From Callorhinchus milii (taxonomy: Eukaryota), in NCBI RefSeq assembly GCF_018977255.1, contig NW_024705334.1:1-53861 (forward strand): DNA of 53,861 bases. Direction: 5' to 3'. The translations under genes were made by a program, and so were the position numbers. The notes beneath the pieces are model-generated. The model ran no database searches. It was not told where the DNA came from and saw only the letters and a list, made by a program, of their open reading frames with translations. This document shows, one piece after another, positions 1 through 12,000 of the stretch (positions are counted from its first letter, which is position 1; each line of letters opens with the position of its first letter).

Positions 1-330
1 TGGAAACGATTTTGACAAAATGTTGCTCAAGTTGTTGACTCCAGCTTCTTTGGCACAAGTCCGGAGCCCAACCACAGTTACATTAATGAAAATATCCATA
101 AAAGGCAACGTTGCACATTAGCAATGATAACGTTTCGCTGACTGTTACACAAATGAGGTTCAAAGATCAGGATCAGGAGATTAGAGAGAGCACAGTGGAT
201 GCTCTGAATATGGAGGGCTGTTAAAATGAATCAAAGTGAATTTGAAGTGGGAGGTGGCAAATGCGCTGGTGTTGGTCTGATGATGGATAGAAAAACGGAT
301 TCCCAACTTCTCTTGCTCTTTAGCAGATTG
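1..330 (+). repeat. Diverged direct copy of 4830-5200 (local segmental duplication)
   Basis: caagtcc.gagcccaacc.acagttac.tta...gataacgtttc..tgact.ttacac...gaggttcaaaga occurs at both ~55-170 and ~4880-4995. Confidence 0.75.
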
Positions 331-499
331 TACAGTTTCTGCAGACGGAATTTATTGGTGACACTATATAAAATGGATAATGACCAGAACTCGTCACTCA
401 CCTTCTTGTTGTATTAACGTAGACCACAACAAATGCTTTATATACTGCAACTCATGCAGTCGTTTAATCACAGTGCACTTGACAGACTGCGTAACACAA

Positions 500-1410
500 G
501 TGAAACATGATGAATTGAGAAAGAATGAGAGGATAAAGGAGAGAATGAGAGTGCGCCTGAAAAATGTGAGACAGTACGATTTACAGAAATAGGGGAGAGG
601 GTGTAAGAGAGAGGATGGGCATGAGAGAAAGAAACAGGTTCAGGGAGAGAGAGATGGTGAAAGCAGTGAGTGCCTGAGTGAGTGAGATTGTGAGACGGAG
701 TGTGTGTGAGAGGGGTGGAGAGGGGCAGTGAGTGAGAATGATTGTGAGAGAATAGGAGAAGAGAATGTGAGTGGGTAAGAGTGTGAGTAAGAAATGAGAG
801 AGACAGTGTGGAGGGGAGAGGGGTGGATGAACATTGAGTAAAGAGAGAGATAGAGTGAGTGTGAGAGAATGAAACAGCGAAATTTATGGGAAAATGGAAG
901 AAATAAAGAAGTGATAGAGAGAAGCAATGAATGAGTGTTGACAGAGAGGGAGACAGATGGATTGTTACAGGACTGATAGAAGCGAAACAGAGTGTAGAGT
1001 GATGAGAAAAGAAGGCGAGAGTGATTGACAGAAATGGTGGATGGAGTGAAAGAGAAAGGTGGGCGCTGGAGGGGGTGTGTGCGGTTGTGCGAGAGTAAGA
1101 AACAGAGACAGAGAGGGAGAAAGCACAGATATAGAGTGAAAGGGATTGATTGAGCGTTTGGGAGGAGAACGTTTTTTGCGAAAGAGGAGACTGAAGAGGG
1201 ATAGTGAGTGACAGAGAGAGGGGAGATAGAGAGAGTGTGAGAGGGGAAGAGAGTGTGAGAGCGGTGATGTTGTTTGTGAAAAAGGGTGGAGTGAGAGGAG
1301 TAACTGAGAGGGGGGAGGGGAATGTGTGAGAGAAACAAAGAGAGAGAGGGCAGAAACTGATAGAGAGTGATACAGACAGAGTGTAAGTTGAAAGAGTGAA
1401 AATGAGCGAG
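500..1410. repeat. Degenerate GA/GT purine-rich low-complexity tract (second tract at 2120-2880)
   Basis: (GA)n/(GAGT)n-like sequence; gives spurious Ser/Leu/His ORFs on the - strand. Confidence 0.85.
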
Positions 1411-3410
1411 AAAATCCACAACATTTAACACAATATTAAAAAAATTGGCATCTCCAATAAGGTTTATTTCTTCCGTTCCCATTTTAGTTTTTTCGAAATA
1501 TCCCTGAAGCCAAACTTTTGTACCACACCTACAAACAAAGGAACATAGAGATGTACAGCACAGACGAAGATTACTCAGCTTATGGTGGATGTGGTGGCCA
1601 CTTTTTATAACTATTCTTTTAGCCCCATTTCGCTGCTCTGTTCCCAAATCCATTTATAGATTGTTCACTCCTTTTAGATCGATATGTAGACATGTATTGG
1701 AAACCAATATAGATTCTGCCTCAAAGATCATTCCCGCCAGGGCTTTCCATAACGCATTAACCAAATGTGCAGGACAAATATTCCCCAAACCTCCTCATTT
1801 GCTAATTTGCTATCTGTCTATCTTAAATTGATGCTTTGGGAACTGAGCCCCGAGCAGTGTAACTTTTATATCAGGTAACATTCAGTTTCTGTGGAAATCC
1901 CAAGGAACAGGGCGAGGCTATGATTTACTGCCAGATATTAGCTGCTGGACTCTGATCAGGGTGTGTTATTACCTGTACAGCCTAGAACACTGAAGCACAT
2001 CACTGAGAGGCTCGGGAACCAGAGACAGGAACCGGAGCTCAGTCAACGGGGAGACAAGAAGCTGAGTCTCCCATTTGCTATGATTGTGACTGAAATGAGG
2101 CAGTAAAGTTACTTCAGGTTTTTAGACTTGGAATGAGAGGAGAGGGAGAGATAAAGTGCGCGAGAAATGAATGGGAGACAGGGGGTTTGAGGGTAGAGTG
2201 GTTGACAGACATGGCAGAGTGATAGAAAGGGCGTGGGTGAGTGAATGAAACAGAGACCGGGAGAGAGCGAGCGAGAGAGAGAGAGACAGAAGACTGTGAG
2301 TGAATGATTGAGAGTGTGGGAAAGTGTGTGTGTTTTAGGAGAGGCGTAGAGAACGAATGGTGGAGAGAGGATGGGTTGAGAGAAAGAAGCAGAGACAGGG
2401 AGGGTGAGAGTGGGAGGAAGCAGAGCAGTGAGAGAATGGCAGTGAGTGACTTTGTGGCAAAGGGGGAGAGGAATTTGTTAAGAGTGAGAGTGTGGGTAAG
2501 AATATGAGTGGGAAAGTGATTGACGGAAAGGGGTGAGAGAATGAGAGAGAGTTGAAGTAGTGAGAGAAAGATAGAGAGACAGGGAGAAAGCTGAGACACA
2601 GAGTGAAAGAAAGTGACCGAGATTGTGGGAGGAGAGAGGGTGAAGGATAAGAGGGAGAAGAGGGGGAGTGCGTGATCAACAGAGTGGAGATAGAGAGACT
2701 GTGAGAGGGGAAAGGGAGTGTGAGTGGAGGGACAGGCGTGTGTGCGAGAAGGGGGATAGAGAGGGAGAGAGGAATTGAAAGAGCGAAAGAGTGTCTGTGA
2801 GACAGAGCGAGAAGTGGGAGCCAATGATTGAGAAATGACAGAGAGAGTTTGTGAGAGGAAAAAGAGAAAATGAGAGAGAAAAATCCACAACATTTAGAAC
2901 AACATAAAAAACGAATGTCCCCAATATGTTTTCTTTGGACCTTTCCCGATTAGTTTTTCGAAAAGTCGATATCTGGACATGTTTTGAAAGCCAATATGGA
3001 TTCTTCCTCAAACATCTCTCCCGCCAGGGCTTTCCATAACCAAATAACCAGCTGTGCAGGAAAAAAAATCACCAAACCTCCCTAGTTTGTTAACGATCTT
3101 AAATTGGTGCTTTGCTTTCGGCACTTAATCCCGAACAGGGGAACTATTATAGCTGATAAGCATTTATTTTCTGTGGAAATCTCCACGGAAGCAGGGCGAG
3201 GCTTTGATTATTCTGCCAGACATTAGTTGCTGGACTCTGACCAGTTGTGTATTACCTGTACAGCCCAGAACACTGAAGCTCATCATTGAGAGGCTCGCGA
3301 ACCAAAGGCAGGAACCGGAGCTCAGTCAGTGGGGAGACAAGACGGTGAGTCTCTCATAAGCTCTGATTGTTGCTGAAATAAAGCAGGAAAGTTACTGCAG
3401 GTTTTAAACG
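1405..3410 (+). promoter_or_regulatory. Tandemly duplicated putative NLR promoter/5' exon block (copies ~1405-2120 and ~2875-3410) with kB-like motifs
   Basis: The copies align by eye (aaaatccacaacattt...ccaatat.gattct.cctcaaa...gctggactctga...gaaccggagctcagtca). AGGGCTTTCC at 1739-1748 and 3026-3035, TGGAAATCCC at 1892-1901, GGAAATCTCC at 3175-3184. Confidence 0.5.
3264..3344 (+). other. Putative non-coding 5'UTR exon of the NLR gene
   Basis: attacctgtacag| acceptor and acg|GTGAGT donor. The paralogous copy at 1981-2061 has CTGAGT in place of the donor. Confidence 0.45.
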
Positions 3411-3769
3411 CTGGGGGATGCCACTCCATGCGAACAGGGCAAGATAAATGCAAGTTGTTGTTTTGTAGTTAGTGAAAGTTTGATGATATGTAAGAAACCC
3501 GGAGCCAATGATCATGGAATAATTTCAATGTAATTTGTTTAATTAATTTAACTAACCATCGTGACATTGTTTAAGGGGGTAATGTTCTCCAACATCTACT
3601 CATGAACTTGATTGATCCGAAATATTGTTGATGAACGATGGGTCCTCTTCTAGAATATTAGTACCAGCCAGACTGCATGGGCTGAATGGCTCTATCCTGA
3701 GCTTTAATACTTGCTCGTCGCTGCTTCCCCCATAGCTAGCCATGATCCTGCTTGCTCTCCTCTACACTA

Positions 3770-4165
3770 GGAGTCATGTAGCTCAGTGGTTAGAGCACTC
3801 GCATTGCAAGCGAGAGACCTGTGTTCAATTCCAGGCAGAGGGCGAATCCTTGGGCAAGATTCCTTACTCCACATAGAGCCTAATAATAATCCCTCCAAAA
3901 CCAAAAACAATAATAAATTGATCATTTTCAATCCACGACTGTTTGTGGGACATTGTTGTGCGCAAATGGCTGCCGCGTTCGCCCACAAATATACAGTCAA
4001 TTCACTTTACAGTGTGTTCTGTGAAGTGCTTTGGGATGTCCTCCCGACGTTAAAAGCGCTATACCAAATGCAAGGATTATTGTTAATATTCTGTGAAGCG
4101 CTTTGAGACGTCCTCCCGACGTGAAAAGCGTTATATCAAATACAAGGATTATTACTAATATTATT
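3770..4165 (+). mobile_element. tRNA(Ala)-derived SINE of cartilaginous-fish type with L2-like, internally duplicated 3' tail
   Basis: A box TAGCTCAGTGG (3779-3789), anticodon stem-loop CTCGC-ATTGCAA-GCGAG, B box GTTCAATTCC (3823-3832). Body gtgcgcaaatggctgccgcgtt; tail gcgctttgagacgtcctcccgacgtgaaaagcg..caaggattatta present twice. Confidence 0.88.
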
Positions 4166-5249
4166 ACACTACCTTAAGGAGATGGGTAGACGCTTTTTCA
4201 GCATTGCCTCAATCCTTCCATCTTGCTTTTTGTGTGAGACTCAAACTATTACCGAAAACACATGCTGGGTTCCCACAAGCCTTCGCTCTTGCCAACCTGG
4301 TCTTAATTCTCTCCAGATTAGGCAAGGTGGATGCAATCCTCCAGAGCGAAAGTGTTTATTCCATTTCAACAATCTATCTCTGGTATTCTCATGTGTAGGT
4401 GGGAGGCATGGAAATGTCAGCTTTGTTTGGATACTGTTTAGTTTGGTGAAGGGATTTATCGCTTGTCAGAAACTCGGCTGACAAAAAAAATCAGCTCAGG
4501 AACCACAATAGAGTTTTAGTGCTCAGAGATACTGCCTACGTCAATAGCACTATATATTGTTGTTGCTATTGTTCTGGTGCATTCTCTGAGTCGCCTCTTT
4601 TTGTGGCCGTTGCTCCTCAGCTTATCGATAATTTATCGCTCTATCTCAGGCTTTCAGTACAATGTGAATCTCGAGAAGGTGTGGAGAGGCTGATCTATCT
4701 GAATGTTGCTCACCAGCTTTCACCATGTGGGAAAGAAGATTTAATGCTCAACCTTAATCTTCCTGACTGATTGCCACCATTCTCTTTCACTTTCCCCATA
4801 AGTGGAAATTAATTGTTAAGATGGCCCTTATCCTATTGAGTTTTAAGCAGCTGAACGCAACTCGCCTGAAATTCCTTGTTGCAAGTCCAGAGCCCAACCC
4901 ACAGTTACGTTACCTGGAAATACGCATAAAAGTCAACATTGCATATTGGCGTTGATAACGTTTCAGTGACTATTACACACACGAGGTTCAAAGAGCAGGA
5001 GATCAGACACAGAGCACAGAGAATGTGCTGCATTGGGCAGGTGGCTAAAATGAAACAAAGGGAACGTTGAAGTGGGAGAAAGCAATGTCACACTGGTCTT
5101 CGTCTGATGATCGGTGGGAAGGCCCGAGATTGTGGAAGAGAAAATCACATTCACACTGTAACAGACTGAACAGTTTCTGGAGGGGATGTTTGATATTGCC
5201 ACTGCCGGAAATGGACAAGTTTAACATTGGACAATAATTTTTTTTGTTT

Positions 5250-5565
5250 GCATCAGGATTGACCCACAGCTGTCCATCCTATCCCACATACGGCCACTGA
5301 CCAGGACCACCTACCTCCACATCCGTCATATTACCCGCCTCCGACCGAACATTATCCAAGATTAAACACTAGTCCATGCGTTCGAGACCTCCTTCCTCCA
5401 GTATTGAAATGGCCTATTCGTTGGTCTCTCCTTCTCCACTATTCCCAAGATGCAGCTCATCCCAAACTCTGTCGTCCGCATACTCACACACGCAAAACTG
5501 AGTAGCCCCATCACACCAGTTCTCGCCTAACTCCACTGTCTCCCTGTCACCGAATGGATTAATGT
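5250..5565 (+). mobile_element. Degenerate L2 LINE ORF2 3' fragment
   Basis: Similar to other L2 copies here (gacccacagctgtcc, gtccatgcgttc, ctcgcctaactccactg). Confidence 0.6.
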
Positions 5566-5742
5566 AAATTTGATGACACTAAGAAAATGATCTGAGATAC
5601 CATCGCAGGAGTTATTTTGATTGGTCATTCATGCTCCCAGTTAGTTGTGGATGTTGTAGTGTGTAGAAACCCGGTTGCAAGTCTATTGGCGAATCACTAT
5701 TCCAGAGATAATCATCCCTTAAAACAAAAAATTGAACGCGCA

Positions 5743-5900
5743 ATTCATGACTGTTTGAGGGACACTACTGTGCACAATCGGCAGCTACGTTTTGCCGACA
5801 GAATATATTTAATTCACTTCACAGCACATTCTGTAAAGCGCTTTGAAACCTCAACCACGTGATTGGCACTATAACAAATGTATGCATTATTATTATTATC
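5743..5900 (+). mobile_element. SINE 3' fragment (an opposite-strand fragment lies at ~6170-6320)
   Basis: Matches the body and tail of 3770-4165 (tgtgcacaatcggcagc...tgtaaagcgctttga...attattatt). Confidence 0.7.
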
Positions 5901-6042
5901 ATGCATTTGTCCACTGATAAATTGATCAGCAGTTACCTCTGATGCCACTGATGTTCAGAATGCTGTATCAGATTGAACCTCATAACTATCTGTTTCATTT
6001 TATAGGTGATCTGTGAAGAGCTTCTGATTACCTGGAATCACC

Positions 6043-6097
6043 ATGGCCCAGGCTCCCAATCCTAACCCACCACTGACAGATCACAAAGAAAACGAAA
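6043..6097 (+). CDS. NLR coding exon 1 ([18 protein letters not shown]); exon probably starts at 6006
   Basis: Acceptor tttcattttatag|6006, accATGg, donor aaa|GTGAGA (phase 1). An alternative GC donor ag|GCAAGT after 6106 is also phase 1. Confidence 0.65.
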
Positions 6098-9000
6098 GTG
6101 AGACAGGCAAGTTGAGAAAATCTGCTAACATTTGCAGTCAGTGAAGCTGTCAACCTTTTATAAACAAATTAATTTAGCATCTTATTACTTTCTCGAGACG
6201 TCTCTCGAGGCTTCATAGTAAAGAGGATACATTGTGAAGCGTATTTGCTTTCATATTTTGTGGGCGAAATGAGCAGCCAGCTTTCGCACAGCAGAGTCCT
6301 GAAAGACCACACGTCCAACAATGCACTCCCCACCCCAGACCCCCGCCACCAAACACACGCACACCCCAGCAATGTGCAGGAGCGTTATCTTAGACTACAT
6401 GATTCGAAGCCTGATGTAGGATTTCAACGCACAACCTTGTGACTGAGATTTGCGTAAGCTGCCAATGAGCCACATTGACACACACTGATCAACCGTGAAA
6501 TGTTTTTGACATGTGAATGTACAATATGGTATGAAATTAGTTTTATTATCAGTCTTGTGGCCAACAGGTTCAAGGGTCACATTCTATGAGACTCTCGCCC
6601 TGTACGACGGATACGAGCTGTTCAGACTCACTAAGTTCTACCGGGACAGAATAGAACAGGCCATCGAGGAAGATGTGGAGACCGTCAGCTCAGTACTGAC
6701 AAGAAAAAAATACTTCAGCCAGGAGAAATATCAAGTAGGTGGTCAGATGGGAAGAGTTTATCTGATTTCCATAAGCTAATCCTATGTGACACATGTATGT
6801 TTATTGTGCAAAGTGTATCCATTCAACATGTTGCAACACATTACAGTTTTCATTGTTATGGCATCTTTCAACTGGGTAGACATCTCAAGATGCTTTATAA
6901 TGATGGCTGGGCAACCAAGCTGGGTTTGAATTGGAGAGGATGGGGAGGATGTAAAGATAAAGAGAACATGGTTAAAGAGGCGTGCTTGAGCATGGGAAGT
7001 GAGGGAGCGAGTCATAGTGACACTGGGATGGAGGAAGGGGGCTGGGTGGCTGCGGGTTGATGCAATAAATGTTAAGCATTTCCATGCATCACTGCTTTAC
7101 ATTTGTTGCTTTGGACACTGACCCGATGGTGCTGTGGCTAAAGCTCCAGCTCACTGTTTGAGACAGGCAGGTGAGGAGATGTCAGGATGCTGTGATGCTC
7201 TCCTCAGTAAACGCACTGCCAAGTCTCACATGTGAACAATGACAATTTGACTGGGGTAAAGGAGGGCAAATTGTGCCTGTGGAACCTCAACCAACATGAA
7301 CACACCACGATGGAACTGGCCATTTCCTGATCACAAACGCAGCTCATGTTTCCACTGTTATTAATGCTCACTCTCTGCAGAAACTGACTGAGCTCACACA
7401 CAGTGGGCAGAGGAGACAAAGCTCCAAACTTCTTCTGAATCTGGCGCTCGGGAAAGGTTCGCGAGCCCAAAGACTGATGTGGGAAACCTTTGTTGAAATA
7501 AGGTACACTTTGCCCAAACTGAACAAAATAATGACTGAAATACAGGAGCAAGGTACAATATACATTTACAGTGAATCCATTCCCAAATCAATTACATATT
7601 TTACTGAAGCAACCTAGATAACTAATTCACTATAACTAATGGAATGTCCTCGATTACAACAGGTGCCAGTCTAGTAAACCAGGTGATTATTGACCAAAGT
7701 GTACCAGATGTACCCAGCACACTTAAAGGTATGTGACCATTTCAAGGTGTAACCAATGGATTCATTTCTGAAATGCAGAGTTTGAATCTTTGACATTTTC
7801 TCTGCGATTTACGGAAAGTACAAATAATCTGGCAGTTAAATGGGAGGAGCATCAATTTGATTATATTGATATCCTCCTGGTCGCCCTCTCCAGCTTTACC
7901 ACCTACAAGTTTGCAACTCATCCAAACTCAGCTACTCCCAACCCTACACGCACTAAGATTCACATGTCCATTACCTCCATCCTCAACAAAATTTACATTC
8001 ACCCTCACTACGGCGGAATTGGCTTGAATGCTCAGTCTCCCCTTTATATCCTGATTCATCCCTCTCCTTTCTACATCTGTGACTGTCTCCAACCTCCTTC
8101 TTCTGCGCATCTCCACCGTTCCACAATCTGTAATTTTCACTTCATTAAAAGCTCTTCTGAAGTCTATCTCTGTGACTGCGCCTCCACACTCCTACAGCAA
8201 CCTCCACACAGAAAACTCACACAGTGTTGAGAAGCTGCCGAAAGGCAGATGTTCTTGGTGCGTCTAACCCCAATGTAATTACTCTAATTGAAGATGCTCA
8301 GCGAAAGCACAAGGAGATGTTACTAAAACAAAGTGAGAAACTGGTAGTAAATACCATTCTGATAAAGGAGAAGGTGAAGCACTTTCAGTTGGCTGATCGC
8401 TACACGGAGCTAACAATTATTTCTGATGTACGTGACCGGGATCTGGTAGAACATGAGCTGCTGGCGAGAGGCAGAGACCACGAGGAGTGGAGACAGAAGC
8501 AGCTCCGGGGAGAGCTGGAAAAAATCCGAATTGATAAACTATTCCACAGCAGTTTCTCTGGAGGAGGACTATTTTCCCGGATGAAAAAATTCTACAAGAG
8601 AAGCGGATCTGGCAATTTCACAGGGACTTCCGCAGTAGTGAGTGGAGTGGCGGGGATTGGAAAAACAACCATGGTGCAAAAGATTGTCCATGACTGGGCC
8701 ACAGGCAAAATCTATCCACACTTTCACTTTGTTTTTATTTTTAAATTCCGAGACTTAAACAGCCTTAACTGCAGAATAACACTGAACCGCCTGATCGTGG
8801 AGCAGTATCCGTACCTCAAGGATGTTTTGGATGAGCTGTGGAAACACCCAGAGACATTGCTCTTTATATTCGATGGTTTGGATGAATTTAGGGGAAGTAT
8901 TGATTTCGCTGACATTCGGAGACACACAGAACCTCAGCGCAAGTGCACAGACCCTGAATTCCGTTGTAAACTTTCTGACATTGTGTACAGTTTAATACAG

Positions 9001-12000
9001 AAAAAGCTGCTGCCGGGCTGCTCAGTGCTGGTGACCAGCCGCCCCACTGCATTACAGTTACTGGCAAAGGCTCAGGTCAGTGTCTGGGCTGAAATCCTGG
9101 GATTTGTTGGTGAAGAGAGAAGGGAATATTTTCACAAGTTCTTTGAAGATCAGGAGGTGGCGGCTGCTGTTTACAGCCACGTGGAGGAGAACGAGCTCCT
9201 GTTCACCATGTGCTTCAACCCGTCCTACTGCTGGATCCTCGCTCTGTCTCTGGGTCCCTTCTTTACACGGAAACACAGCAACAAACAGCGAGTTCCCAAG
9301 ACAGTCACACAACTCTTCTCCTATTATATTTATAACATACTATCACATCACAGTGTCAAGATGGAAAGCCCCCGTGATGTGATGCTGAAGATTGGTGAGA
9401 TGGCCTTCACTGGAGTCTCCCAGAGAAACATTGTCTTTAATGAGGAAGATCTGATCAAATATGACCTCCAGCCTTCCCAGTTCCTCTCTGGCTTTCTCAT
9501 GGAACTTGTGGAGAGAGAGTCTTCAGAGCACAGCGTGGTCTACACATTCCCGCACCTCACCATCCAGGAGTTTGTAGCCGCACTCGCTCAGTTTCTGCCT
9601 CAAAATACAGAAAATCTGCGGAAACTACTGAATAATGCTCACAAGGAGAAGGACGGCCGGTTTGAGATATTTCTGCGCTTTGTTGTGGGTCTCTCCTCCC
9701 CACGGGCAGCTCAGCCACTGGAGGAGTTTCTGGGTCCATTTGTCCATCAGACAATCTGTGTGGTGATCAATTGGCTGAAGGAGAAGTTTAGAACTCACAC
9801 GAAATTCAGCAAAAGCAGCAGTGAGAAAAGGAATCTGCTGAACACACTCCACTATCTGTTTGAATCTCAGAATCAAGCCCTGGCACAGCAAACACTGGGC
9901 TCTGTACAAACACTGACATTCGGTGATCACTCTCCAGACAAAGCATTGAGACTGACACCGATAGACTGTGTTGTGGTGTCTCAGGCCATTGGACTTTGTA
10001 CCACAATAAAACAAATGGATCTGAGGAGCTGCTACATTCAGGATGAGGGTCTTCAGCGTCTGGTTCCTGCTCTGCACAAGTGTCAGGAGTTGCAGTAAGT
10101 TTACTCTATTTGTAAATCTTATTCATATTATTCTTGTTTCAAAGCCATTTTCAAGCATTTTACTAACATCAAACACCAGCTGATCAATGAGAGAACGGTA
10201 ACGCACAGCAGGAGAGAACTGTGGGTGACACTGTGATGGCCGTCACGCACCACAATCCTGTCCTGGGGGATTGGGATGTGAATGGCTGACATTCCACTGC
10301 ACAACTGGCTGCTCCACACCGTGAGTGCTTCGGTGACATTCCCAGATTGCTGACGTTATTGGTATTGATTCCTGACTCCCACCTGAAATACACATTTTAT
10401 TGAATAAATTGTAACTTGAACACAGGTCAGACAGACCCCACTTTCTACTCAGAGACATAATACAATGGTTCTGGTTTATCCATAAAGGAAAGGTTTCTCC
10501 TGACACCAGAGTCTCTGACACACGGAAACCCTTCTAACGTCTAACCCTTTGAGCGTCTCCCCATCTCAGGCCACAGGATTCACTCCCCTGAACCCTGTGG
10601 TTATGCGGAGGCTTCCTGTGTCCTCTCCTTCCGGTGGCAGCATCTCGCCCAGTGCTGCATTCCAGGGCTAAGAGACCTACCAAGGGCTTGGCCATTCCTT
10701 TTATCCAGGGGCAGCCTTACCCTCTCTCCAGTACAATGTTGTAACTCTCAAGCAACATAATTCACACTAAACACATCTCCGTCAGCCTGACATCAGTCTG
10801 ACAGGTGTGGGTTCCCCTGGCCCTGATGAAAATTCTCCATTTCCAGCTCCTGAGAACTCACAGACACAGAGATTATCTTTCACATATCTGGGGCTCACAG
10901 TCTATGGCGAATTAGAGAATAAAGACACATCCAGTGCTCTGCAACTGGTGCTCACAGACCGGGCTGGCAGAAGCCAAGACATTAGTCTCACTGACACTGA
11001 CTGAGGGTGACAATGCTGCTGGAATAGCGTAACTCTTCTGTTGCCAGGACCAGGCCCCAGGGAGATCCCAATCCATGTGGACCCAGCAGCACACCATGTT
11101 AAGATGTATTGCCAAGCTAAGGGCTGTGAGAATTGCAAGACATATTATTACGATTATCATTGTATTCGATAATTCATATGGGCTCCACTTTGTCTCCACA
11201 AAGCTTCTCCCCCATCCCCTGCACCGCCTCATGTGGTGTTCCTTAGGGCTCTGTTCTCGGCCTCTCCTCCTCAACCTGTCCATGTTCCCTCTTGTTGTCA
11301 TCAACTGCAGAAACAGGGTCAACTTCCACATGTATGCAGATGACTACGTCGCTGCCTCCACCCTTGAACCCCACGTCCACTGCTGTCCTGATACAATGTC
11401 TGTCAGATATCATGTTCTGTCTCAAAACAGCTTTTTACAGCTGAATGTCAGCAAGACTGAGGCTCTCCTGATTGGCTCTCAACAGCACCTCCGCAACTCA
11501 AGCAGTTGCAGCTTCAGCATCCCCGGATGCCCACTCCACCTCATCAAGCCAGTCAGGAACTTGGGTGTCTTGTCGATCGTCAACTGTCCTTTCTCCCCAA
11601 TATCTGTGCCATGATCAACTGTGCCTTCCTTCCCCAACCGCTGCTTCATTGCCTAACTCCACCACTGCCTCACCCCTCAGGCTGCCAAATCCCTGATACA
11701 CGCCTCCATTACGCCCTGGCTCAAATATAACAATTCCCTGCTTGTCAGCTTTCCCAACTCTTCCCTCCACAAGCTGCAGGTCATCCAGTACTCTGCAGCT
11801 CTGTCCTCTCCTGCACCAGACTCCATGACAATTTCCCCCACCATCGCCCGGCTCCACTGAATCCCCATCCCCTCGTGGATAGAATTCAAAATACGCCTCT
11901 TCACTTTCCAGGCCCTCCACGGACCTGCTCCCTCCTACCTCTCTGACCTGCTGACCGCCTATCAACCTGTCCACTCCCTTCCTTCAGTTGGCTGCAGCCT

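Noticed and set aside
468..2893. Long Ser/Leu/His-rich ORFs (318, 337 and 259 aa); likewise those at 12238-16051 and 19069-20884
   Set aside because: Translations of CT/GA low-complexity DNA, open in several frames, with no domain signal.
3770..3845. Functional tRNA-Ala gene
   Set aside because: The acceptor stem does not pair and the sequence continues into a SINE body and tail; a second degenerate head lies at 18707.
8224..8293. N-terminus of the 624-aa ORF as the true protein start
   Set aside because: It starts at GTG in intronic sequence; the acceptor at 8293/8294 joins upstream exons in phase.
11075..11614. Active reverse transcriptase gene (also 41943-42788)
   Set aside because: 5'-truncated, frameshifted L2 remnants lacking the endonuclease and most of the RT.
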